Part shown: positions 1 through 10,818 of the stretch, piece by piece
Numbering within the stretch: position 1 is the first letter of the stretch
Layout of the letters: the number at the start of each line of letters is the position of its first letter
NCBI GenBank assembly: GCA_001643675.2
Contig: LSRY02000016.1
Coordinates: 1,240,001-1,304,000 of the forward strand
Reading direction: 5' to 3'
Length of the DNA stretch: 64,000 bases
DNA from: Monocercomonoides exilis PA203
Taxonomy: Eukaryota > Protista > Preaxostyla
Notes under the pieces: model-generated
The model's database searches: none
What the model saw: only the letters and a program-made list of their open reading frames with translations
Told to the model about the DNA's origin: nothing
Program-made: the position numbers and the translations under genes

Positions 1-1509
1 TTCAACATTCGTGCACATTTTTTCATGTGTGAAGATCCTGAATCTTCACTTCTATCCACTTCCTCCTGTTCGTTCTCAGCTGTTGTTGAATCATCGTTGT
101 CATTTCTACTTGCATAACTTTCTTCTGATCTTTTCAAGTTCTCTAATTGTGGATCGGCTGAGTCACTTAGCATTTCACTTTGCACATTGCTTTCGGTTGA
201 TTGAACTGCAATAGCTCTAGCGCAAGAGGAAAAAACATCTGATTGAAAATAGTAGTTCGTTATCGTATCGCTTCGCGGAGACAGCCTTGCGAACTTGGCA
301 ACTTGTGCTATGGGCATTACAGACATTGTTAAGGCAGATATTGAAGCGTCCTTCAATGAATAAGGTCCGAAACATTCAGGAATACCTGACTTGTGAATGA
401 TTTCAGATGCAAGTTTTCTCAGGGCTCTTGACAACAGGGGCTTTTTTGTTATTTCGTTCACAAACAAGTGGTCAGAATTTGTTTGTATCTTTTCCACTCT
501 TAACCACAATTCCTTCACAGCTGATGCAGGGCAAATAAATGGTGTTTCTTGGAGGAATGGGATGATGATATCCGTTCTTTCCGTTCCTGTCTTCAATGAG
601 GTATCAAGGGCAATTGAGTCCTCTTTTATTTGTGGAATGTGTGAGGCTTATTCTTTCGAGTTCAGTGAAGCGGCATGCAGAAAAAAGGATGCATAGGCAG
701 ATTGTTTTCTTCATGAGAGTTTCATTATCCAGATCTTTGTTTTCACCTAAGGTTGCAATGTTGTCCAAAAGAACTTTTGGATTCCATATCGGAGGCTTGT
801 TTTTCTTCTTTCTTCTTTCAAGTCTTTTGAAAGATCGGAAAAGGATCTTCATTAGTGGATAATCTGCTAACTGCTTTTCGAATAAAAGTTGAGACACAAG
901 AGAGATTGCTGAACGTGTTTTGCATAGCGAAGACCATTTTTGTCCCTTGTCGTGAAGTCTAAGAAAGATATCCTCACGTTTTATTACCCAGTCAAACCAA
1001 TCACTTGGAGGTGGACCACAGTTGCATACAGCCCACTCTTCTCCGAAACGAGCGAAACTTAGTAAATATCCGTTCCATGTTGATGGTGAAAAGCTGGATT
1101 CGCACAAATTAACCATATCAATGGGATATCCTTTCGTCTGAAGGATGGCTTTGAACCAAACTTCTCCGTTAGAAGCTAAGGATTTATCAAGATTGCACGC
1201 AGTTTCCCTGAAGGAAGACAAGCATCCATCTTCTTCATCAGTGGTCCTGGTATTAGAAGATCGCTCAGGTTCTTCGATGTCCATTCGACATGATTCGTTT
1301 TTCTCAACAGCGGTTCCCATATTTGGCCCTTCCAATCGGGAAGAAGGAGAAGAACTCGAGCTTGTTCGAGAATCGTTTTCCTGATTGTCGGGAGAATGAG
1401 TGGAATGGGTGGGTGAGCGAGAACGGTTTCTCCACGCCAAGGCTGTTGAAGGCCATCTTCGTTTATATGGCTTCTGGGACCGCACCATCGATAAGCTTTC
1501 CTGTTCCAC
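1..1509 (-). pseudogene. DIRS tyrosine recombinase (YR), split by a 1-nt insertion at ~629-631
   Basis: ORF 604-1509 contains STWNGY...SAIS...PIWNP...LFSACRFTEL (catalytic Arg). After skipping 1 nt the frame continues SLKT...ICPASAV...GPYSLKDASIS...ARLS...TNYYF (catalytic Tyr) and stays open to base 1. Confidence 0.82.
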
Positions 1510-3277
1510 GCAGTGGCAAACGCATCCAGTGTTATTTTCACTTGCATCTTCTTTGCAAGTTCTCGAAAGGCATCTTGTCTTATTTGATAGTCTCCTCCCC
1601 TTTCTAATCTTGAAAGGGAGTCGGCTCTCCCGTTTTTCTTGCCCGGAATGTGTTGAGCCTTCACTTCAACTTTCATCGCTTTTATATGCCTCCATATCTT
1701 TGAAAGAAGCCTTCGAAGGTTTGTCCCTGCATGCCATCTGTTTATGTTGAAGACCGATGTTGAGTTGTCCGATCTTAAAAGAAGTTTGCTGATGTGGTTG
1801 GATGACAGTGTGGGAGTGATATGGATTAATGATTGAAGGATCGCCCACATTTCTCGATAATTGGAGCTTTGGTTTTGTTGCCAACGTGGGAGTGAACGAT
1901 GGAAGTCGTATTCTTTGTTTCTTATTCTTAAATAGGCTCCAATTGCTTTTCTTGATGCGTCCGTTGTGAGGCTTGCTTCTGGAAGAAACAGAGGACAAAG
2001 CTGCCTGGGTATATTGGCTTTCAATTTCGATATCCATTTTGCTAGACTTGGGAGGATTGAATGGTTGATCTTCGTCCTCCCATTCCATCCTGTTCTCGAG
2101 ACCATGTTGTTCAGAGTTCGATACAGAGTTGAAAGAAAAAGAGAAGCTTCCTGAAATACGAACCTTGTGGCGTTCAGTTTTCCAATGAAGGCTGCCAGGT
2201 CTCTCACTCTCACTTCTTGTGATTTGAGGGACATCTTCCTCCATTTGAAACATTCACTTGTTAAATGATTATTCTTTTCCTTTCTAACGCAACATGAAAA
2301 TGGCCTGTGTCCCAATCGAACCCTAAATAGGTGAAGCTTTGTGACGGCATCAGGTGACTCTTTTCTTCGTTCACAAGCAAACCAAGGCTTTTGAGGAGAG
2401 AGACGACTCTCACAGTTATCCATTTGAGTTTTCTCTGATCTTGGTGAAGAATAATAATATCGTCCAGATAAGCGATTGCTCTTACGTTCCATTTCTGACG
2501 AATGAATGTTATCACTTTTCTCATGATTTTTGTGAAGATTCTTGGAGAATCTTTGTATCCAAATTGCATTCCGTTGAAACAGTAGTAATTCTTTTCGAAT
2601 TCGAAAGAAAGAAAAGGCTTGAAATTGTCGTCCACCTTTACCAAGTAATAGGCTTGGCTTAGATCGATGGTTGTCGCATAATCTCTATTTGCTATAATTC
2701 GTTCCACTGACCTGTAATCCTCCAATTTGAAATGAAAAGATTTTGTTGCATCGTTCAGCTTTCTGCAATCGATTATTTGCCTCCATCCACCTTGTTTTTT
2801 CCTTATGACAAACACTGGGTTTAAGTGTTTCACTTCTCTTTTTGGAATCTTTTGTATAATGTTCGTCTCGAGCTACTCCTGTATTAGCTTTTCCATCGCA
2901 ATCGTTGCCTTCTGTGACTGTTGTGGACAATGAGTTACATTCTTTGCATTGATTAGTCTCTCCCTGGCTTTTTTGCTTTTCCAAATTGGAATAACACCTC
3001 TCTTTATCAGCCTTTCCCCACCTATCCTTCTCCATGCATTTCCAAAAAATGCCGTTCTTCCTCCAACTGTTGAATGCAACTGGCTTAATTTGTTCTCGCT
3101 CCCCTGGATCGCTGCTGTGAAGGGCTTTTGTTGTAAGTGCTTGCTGATCTTCTCCCTGCATACGACCGGGGGCCCGAACGAAAAAACTGTAAATGTTGAT
3201 CTCTCTGACTGGTTCTGTCTTTTCCATAATATCTTTTTCCAAAGGCTTTTGAATTAAAAGATATTTGTGCCCATCTT
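1176..3277 (-). pseudogene. DIRS pol: reverse transcriptase + RNase H + methyltransferase-like domain; one in-frame TAG (2873-2875) and one frameshift (~2270)
   Basis: ORFs 2873-3079 and 2261-2833 are in the same frame, separated by a single TAG. RT motifs: IIDCRKLN, IDLSQAY, MQFG..DSP.IF, YLDD. A 1-nt frameshift joins ORF 1176-2492, which carries RNase H and the MT-like motifs. The frame is open without ATG up to 3277. Confidence 0.88.
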
Positions 3278-3936
3278 TTAGAAGTTGACTCTATTGTTTT
3301 CCTGGATTCTTCTAGCAGATCCCTTTGTCTTTTGGTTAGAAGTGTAGATGCTGAATCTTCCTTAATTTTCGCTGCCTCGGAAAATCCGAATCTTGCTTGA
3401 ATGCGAGCGTTTCTGGCCTCCTTCAGGGCTTGGGCGAGAAGTAAACATGCTTGAGCTATTGGTTCATGAGCTGCATCATCCTTTTGAGTCTTTGAGTGAG
3501 CAAATAATAGTAATTTCATAACTGGATATAAAAATGTTTCGCATCTTTCCCCAGCTTGGTCTAATGCGTCCTTGAAAGGACTTGCAGTTCTCACAAAAGG
3601 AGGAGGCGCACAAGATAGGAAGGGTGATAAATCCTCAGTCTTTAAGGTGGAAATTAATTCGTTAATCATAAGGTCCGGTAAGGGCAGATCATATAAGGAT
3701 AATTCCGGTGGTCTTCCGAATATTTCCAAAAATGAATCTTCCAAATGTGTATCTTCTTCTTGTTTTTCTTCGTCCGAAGTTGAAGAAGATGAAGGTTGCA
3801 AGGTTGAGAAAGAAGAAGGTTGGGAGGCGGAAAAGGGTCCGGAAAACATCGGAATCCCGCTTGTTGGTCCACCAGGAAGCGCCGCTGCGCTCGGTTCGGT
3901 CGCAAGTCCAGCTCCCAAAGGATTATTCGGAATCAT
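3085..3936 (-). CDS. gag-like ORF1 of the DIRS element
   Basis: 283-aa ORF directly upstream of and overlapping pol, with a Pro/Ser-rich N-terminus, helical core and basic C-terminus. Assigned by position, not by motif. Confidence 0.65.
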   Translation of the reverse strand: MIPNNPLGAGLATEPSAAALPGGPTSGIPMFSGPFSASQPSSFSTLQPSSSSTSDEEKQEEDTHLEDSFLEIFGRPPELSLYDLPLPDLMINELISTLKTEDLSPFLSCAPPPFVRTASPFKDALDQAGERCETFLYPVMKLLLFAHSKTQKDDAAHEPIAQACLLLAQALKEARNARIQARFGFSEAAKIKEDSASTLLTKRQRDLLEESRKTIESTSKRWAQISFNSKAFGKRYYGKDRTSQRDQHLQFFRSGPRSYAGRRSASTYNKSPSQQRSRGARTN

Positions 3937-4039
3937 CTTTTTTCCTTGATCAGTGATCGTGACTTGCCCATAAGTGACGATCTCTCAAAACAGAACTGAA
4001 GGAAGTGAGAGAATGTTTTCTTTTGAATCAAAGTACATG

Positions 4040-5450
4040 TGCTTTGATTGGCTTTCTGTTTGCTGAAAGGAGAAGGATTGAACTTGCTATCAAAAGAAAT
4101 GGAAAAAATTTATTTATAAAAGCAGAAATAACATTTTATTATTTCGTAAATCTTCAACCTGGATGGAGAGTTATGAGCATTTGTGAGATGGCGATTCATT
4201 TTTTGTTTGTTAACCCACTCAAACAGCTGAGAAGTGGGAAAAACGAAAAAAAGTGACTGATAAATGCATCTTCGACTAATTCAGCTGGAAGCATTGCGGA
4301 AATTCTTGTTCTGAAGATTTCCAATTATGAACATAACTTCATCTGATTGAGCACCAGTTGAAGTGAACAATTTCAAAGATCAACGTTTTTATCATGAAAC
4401 AGATCATATGTGTTTCCTTCAGAACCATCAATTTTGGTCAAGTATCTTTTTTGCCGAATATTGTGTTGATAAAAGCGACTTCTCATTTTTCTCGATTTCA
4501 TGGAAAGACGCACCAACAAAGCAAGGCAATTCATTCCCGTTTTCTGTTTGTCTTTTGCCTGTGTTGACTCCTGCAACCTTTTTCGTCCTTAATTTCGAAT
4601 TCAAATTCTGACTTCTTTGGAAAACGGAACGAGCAAAAAATTGGTGTATTCAATGAAAGATTATAAAATCTGAGCATCAGTCGATAAGATATTTTTATTG
4701 GATGTTCTTTGAGTGGATTTCTTCATGTCTTTTTCCTCAATATGATGAGTTTAACGATCGAAAATCGAAATATTTTGGAAATGTTGAATGTGAAAGTGCA
4801 AACATCAGAATTTACAACCAAGCAATGGGGGGAAAATGAAGACTTTTAACCGGAATTAATCAGTTGCATCCTCTTCTTTTTCAAAAAATGAAATGTCACA
4901 TGTTTGATAATATCTTCGCAACAAATCCATCATCTCATTTAGGAATTTTCTCTTCGCAATTTAATGTTTCTATTCCTTTCTAATCATTTCCATCGCCTTC
5001 AAGGAATGGGCATGAATCACAAACAGAATGTTGATCTCTCTGAATACAAAATAAAACAAATTTTAGAATTCCAAATTCTACAAAAAATATTTGTTTTAAA
5101 TGTTAATGAAAAAACTGAAGAATGACGAAAAGCAAATGAAGATTCTAAGAGTACATTTCAACAAGAAATACAAAAAGTTAATTCTTCTTTCTCCTGATTC
5201 ATCTTTTTTCTCCAGAACATTCAGAATTGGAATTGGGTCAACCATTCATTTTGATTGAAAGACGATGAGCTTCGAAAGGAAATGGAAAAAAAGAGCACCT
5301 GGGGTTGAGAGGCTTCAATCGACCTAACAATCATGAAGTTAAAGCATCAAATTCTTGTGATTCACAATCATCTCTTTTGCTTTCATTTGCTTGTCAAGTT
5401 ATGATTTTTATTCTTCTTATGCTCATTGATATCAGATGGAATTTGGATGA
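4040..5450 (+). pseudogene. Heavily decayed fragment of an RNA polymerase largest subunit (RPA1/RPB1/RPC1 family)
   Basis: Colinear motif remnants read across stops and frameshifts: LQPGWRVM-HL*DGD (4152-4195; cf. G..V.RHL.DGD), GD**MHL...EA/IAEILVL...NITSSD*APV (4252-4340), PSEPSILVK (~4416-4442), DK...IGCSLSGFLHV (4683-4729). Manual recognition only. Confidence 0.45.
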
Positions 5451-5600
5451 AAAACCAGGAAAGAAGTGAAATGAAACAAGATAACTGAAGATAACAAAGG
5501 AATGGATGGTGGAGAAGCTAAATGAAAAACATTTAATGATTTTTTTCATGAACCTCTTGAAAAGACGAATCATTTGAGGAATAAAGGATGAAAATGAAAA

Positions 5601-5602
<2 letters not shown>

Positions 5603-5656
<54 letters not shown>
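5603..5656 (+). repeat. poly(A) tract, ~54 nt
   Basis: Seen directly. Other long A/T runs occur at ~25723-25763, ~26893-26946 and ~49452-49487. Confidence 0.95.
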
Positions 5657-5658
<2 letters not shown>

Positions 5659-5817
5659 TATTTTTTTCTTGTTGCTTCATTTCATTTTTAAGAAGTAAAA
5701 GGAAAAAAAAATGAATTTTGAAAAAAACTTTTAATGACTGTTTTCTTTTGATTTTGCGAAATGATCAAAGAAGAAAATGAAATTTTTGAGTTTAAAAGCA
5801 CAATTAATATCATTTCA

Positions 5818-7160
5818 TTAAATGTTCACTAAATAATCTGAAATATTCAACGTGAATTTACTGCTATATCTGATAATATAATAAATTTTTCCATAAAAAC
5901 TAACAATAACATCTTCATATCCTTCTTCTTCCATCATCTCAAACACTCTCCTTTTGTTTATCTTTCTTTTTGCTTCTTCCGCTTCATCTTCCTCCTCTTC
6001 TTTCAATCGCCTTGAAATCTTAATGCAAAATAGCAAGAACTCATATGTTTCATATTTATTCAATGTTTGTAGCTGCATCTCCTCTAAAACAGTATCAACA
6101 GCTCTGCCTTTTAACAAGTCATCAACTTTCACAGCTCTATTTTCTGCTGCATTTACAAAGTAATAAATGCATTGATGGCAAATATCTCTGTAATTATCCC
6201 TTGATGCTCGATATATCTGAACAATGCTGCCAATAAGCTCGGAATATTCTTCATTCCACAACTTGCATCTGCGAAAATAACGATTCAACGTTCTGAGCCA
6301 TCTCAACAAAATAAGTTCTTCTTGCTTTTCCTTTTTCCTTTTCTCTTTTTCTTTCTCGCTTTTCCAATCCACGCATTTTGCCAGCTCTTCCAATTCTTTT
6401 ATTGCCTCTCTTGCAAAATGCAGCTCATCCACAACCACTTCTTCCAAGCTTTCATCTCTGACAAATCTGCAAATTAAAAACTTCCAAGCTGATTGATAGG
6501 CAAGTTGCGTCATATTGTGATGTTCCTGATTGCATTTAATAATCTTTTTGATTTCATTCAAATACAGCTTTTTTTCGATTTTCTGGGTAAAAAGAAAAAC
6601 AGAAAAGAAAAATGGAGATGGGAAAAATATTATCAATACGGAAAAGAAGTTTCCATACACAATATCTTGCAATGTAACTTAAAGTCAGTATAGCCGTTTC
6701 CATTTCTTTTTGAGTCTCCTCGTTTCCTTGCTTCTCCGAGGTAGCTTTCAGAAGGCAAGTCACACAAATTGGTATCAATTCATCAGGAATTTCTTTGACA
6801 TTCAGCAAAGAAAAACATTCGCAAAGATTAACAAGAAGCTTTTCATCCTTTTCTTCTTTTTTCTCACTTTCATCAATCATCATCTTCTCAAATCTTTTTA
6901 ACAACAAAGAATTTTTAAAATTCAGGAACCAAATATCTTTCAGCACTTTATGGCATCCGATGTGCTTCAACAATAAGCACGAATTTCCTATCGAAAGTAT
7001 CTCTTCATCAATCATTTTATTAATATTATTGAATAGGCCTTCTGAAAAAACAGAATTGAATTCTTCATTGCTCATCTCATTCATAATTTCATTCATTTCT
7101 TCAATTTTCTTTTCCTGTTCTTCTTTATCGAAACGCTCAAGTTCAGAAAACAATTCTTTA
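5818..7160 (-). CDS. Lineage-specific multicopy helical protein family, copy 1 (FSELE...EEEGYED...DY.VN)
   Basis: ORFs 6554-7153 and 5818-6672 are joined by a phase-0 GT-AG intron at 6583-6658. Clearly homologous to the copies at 27-28 kb and 33-34 kb. 5' end uncertain. Confidence 0.8.
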
Positions 7161-9216
7161 TATTAAAAAGCAAAGAAACAAATGCAATCATCATGATTTC
7201 AAATTCAACAATCATTACAAACTCAAAATCTTTTCTTCTACGTTCTTTGCATGCATTTTTTAAAATCCATTGCAATCAGAAAAAAACACATTTTTATAAT
7301 TAATTATGAATTCGCATATGTTTGATTGTAGAAATCAGAGCAAAATAAAAACGAAATTAAGTCATTAAAATATATGGTTTCATACCATTCTATTTAAAAT
7401 TTGTATTTTTTAGCAAGGTATGATGAAAAAAACAACGATTAATTAGTATTTTTGTTTATTATAATGGATCATGTGATCTAACAGAATTATTTGATCGAGA
7501 TTAATATTCATCAAAATGAGGAAAGTGCAAACAGATTCTTCCAACTGAAATAGCAACAGTATATTTCGGTTCACAAAAAACAATAATGGAGATGCACTGG
7601 ATTGAAATGCTGAAAGATGATAAAAAATAAAAAACCAACTGAAGAAAAATCAATTTTTTAAAATAAAAATGCAAGAACTCAAATGTTATCAACTTTTGTA
7701 TTATAACTTGTGTAGAAAATAACAACATTCACATTTTCAGAACACAGGAATCAATTAAATAGTTCAATTGTATTCATCTTCTCATTTTGGAGCAGGGAAT
7801 TGAGGAATGATGGTGAGTGCTGAAGGTGCTGTGCAATATGAAGATGTTGGATGAGTTTTATATTTAGATAGCATTTTTAACAAAAAAGGATGAATGGGAA
7901 AATGAAATTGAAATTTCACATTTTTCAGAAGAGCAAGAAATCGATGTATTTGATGGAGAAACAACTGATGGAAAGGATGGTTGGGGAATCAGATGATGAA
8001 ACACTTGAAAATGGAAGGAATGATGAATTTTTATTGGAGGAAAACAGGTGCCTAGGGGGAAAAAGTTGGAAAATACTTATAGAAATGGTAAGAAGGTTTG
8101 TTGTCGTAATATTTTTGAAGTTATTATTAATTTTTTCATTCAGGAAGTTGAAAGAGCGAGGGATTAGCTGGCTTTGAAGAAGAAAAAGAAAAGTTGGGAA
8201 GGAAAAATAAAGACAGACAGATGAAATTCAAGAAATTTTGAAGATGTTTGGCATTGGGCAATGGCGATGAATAGTTTTTGAGGAAAGATGATTTTTTGTG
8301 AAAGAAGGGAAAGTGAAAGAAGAAGAGATGGAATGAAAAAGGGATCGCTCAATATTTCATGTATTTTTTGTTGGAAAGAGAGAAAGAGATTGAGCTGAAA
8401 GTGAAAAAGGGTTCAGAGGTTTCTCCTCGGTAAAAGAAAAAGAAACAGAAGACGAGAATTTCAATCAATTTCAACATTGATATTCATTGGCTCTCATTTT
8501 CACAATCTTCAACAATTAATCATCTCATTCAATTCATTCATCACCATTACCTTCTTCTTCTTCTTCTTCTTCAAATACGTCAACAACATTTCACACAGCT
8601 TCTTCATTATCCTCACATATCATCTAATTGAACTGCTTTTCATTCTGCATCTGCATCAGAGGCCATGAATGAAATGAAAAAGAAGAAGAAATCGATTGAC
8701 AAATGAAATTTGCAGAAGCAGACTTATTCATCCCGAAATATAAAGTATTGTGGATTATTTTTTCAGATCTTTCAAAGAGAACAGAATGAAGCATTTGTCT
8801 GATTATATTTTTGAATTATTATCTTTTCACATTTGCTGCGAATTCACATGGAAATTATTGAAATGAAAAATCAGTTTCTTGAAAAGAACTTGAATGATTT
8901 CTCAAATGATTGAAACAACACCAATTTTTTTTTTTTTTTTAATTTTTTTGCTCAATGTTCATTAAAGAATCCGAAATGAAAAATATATTTGAATTTTCGG
9001 AATTTCAGAGGATTTTTATGAAATAATTCAAATTTTTTATCAATGATTAACGAGTTTTTTCGCAATATATAAATTTTTCAAAAAACTGCTTCTTAAAGAT
9101 ATTTTTAAACATCTTTTATAAGTTTTCATTGCTTTAATGAATAATTCCAAAAATATTATTATGGCAGCATTAATCATGCTAAAAGTGTGATTATTTTATT
9201 TATTTTGAAGAGCGAA

Positions 9217-10774
9217 ATGTTTGTTTTGCCAGAATGCCCATGGAAAAATGATGAGCGAGCAATTTTGAGATTTCAAACATTTCAAAAGGAAGATGAGAGA
9301 CAAATAACGAGAAAAGTCCAACATCAGATCGCTGGAGGTTTAAGGGTTTCAAAGCGTTATTCTACTGTTCAAAGAAAAAGGAAGATATCAAATTTTCATC
9401 AAGGAAAATACAAATTTATGTCTTTCGTGTGCTTAATTGCGTTTTATTTGCAAATAAAGAAATTGTTTCATCATTCATAAATGCAAGTCAAAAGAAATAC
9501 CCGTCTGTCTTGAAGCACTAGAATCAAATAATCCTGAGAAGCTTTTTGAATCATTAAAATATCTGAAAAAAATTACACAAAATGGTTTAAATATTTTTTA
9601 AAAAAAATTTTCTTGTTTTTCATTCAAATTTTAAACATTTGTTTTCTTTTAAATAGTTAATGCAGCAGAAGTTGCTCTCATGAATGATTATCCTTCTAAA
9701 ATACATAAGTTTATGCTAAAACATCAGGGAACTGTGTTTCATTGCTTTGCATTAATATCAATTGTTAACTTCAGTTTGCTTCATTCATTTATTATTGTAA
9801 TTTTGCAACTGCAATCAATCAGCTCAACACGAAGACGAACGTTTTTCTCGATCAATTTTATTTTCAGAAATGCTTGGTTCGCTTTTTGAGTGGTTATATT
9901 GCGATGATATAAATATTCGGATAAATACAATTGGTGTTATTGGAAATGTGTGTAGCTGTTGTGGGGAGTGCACAATGTACTTATTGAGCAAATTCAACTT
10001 GCTGTTTGGAGTGACAGAGATGATTCGAGTGGAAGCGAAATTAGTCGGCGAAGGGTGTTGGGATGTTGGGGAAGTGTGGAAAAGGCAAAGAACAGCGGAA
10101 TTAGAGAAAGAAGCGAGCGAAGTTAAAAGAAAAATAAGACTGCTTCAAAAGAGCAGGAATATTGATAGCGCAACTGGGATGGACGGAGAAGCAGCAGAAG
10201 CAGAAGAAGTTGAAAATGATGACGAAGAAGATGATGAGGAGGAGGAGGAAGAAGAGGAAGAGGAGGAAGAAGGCGATAATCTTCATCATCATCATCATCA
10301 TCCATCCCGCCGTCGCTCGTCCTCTCTGAAGAACGAGAGAAGCCGAGGAAGCGCTCCGTGTGCGAAGCAGCGCCTGCACCGGCTGGCGCAGCGGCTGTCC
10401 CGCGTAGAGCGTGAAATCGAGTCAGAGAACTGCCGCCTCGCCACCACACAGCGCCTGGTGAGGCAGCTGAGCGAGACAGTCGACGGGCGCCTGGCAGCAG
10501 ACGAGTCGCTGCTGCTGAGGGAGAAGGAGTTCGGGTTCGAATGGGAAGAGCTCAGGGAGAGAGACAGGGAGTGCAGGGAAGAAAGAGAAAGGATGCAGAT
10601 GATGGCTGTGCTTGCGGGAAGGAGAGGAAGCTCTGCTTTGCCGGTGGATTCGAATTCATGTATTTCTGCTATTTCTTCTGGTTCTTCGACTCCATCTGGT
10701 TCTATGGATTCAGAAGGCATCTCAATGGCAATGGGGTTTGGTTCAGCTCCGTCACCTTTATTATCCTCCTCCTT

Positions 10775-10818
<44 letters not shown>

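Larger units (their letters stand above)
1..3990 (-). mobile_element. DIRS-like tyrosine-recombinase retrotransposon, disrupted, truncated by the left window edge
   Basis: Minus-strand order gag-like ORF -> RT (AYLDD) -> RNase H (TDAS, NYREM, RSDN, HIPG..N.RAD.LSR) -> methyltransferase-like domain (DAFA...HPP) -> tyrosine recombinase (SACRFTE) in overlapping frames. This is the established DIRS organisation. Right boundary approximate; terminal repeats not visible. Confidence 0.88.

Noticed and set aside
7740-8700. Coding-like purine-rich stretch
   Set aside because: Fragmented by stops with no motif I can assign; probably decayed sequence.
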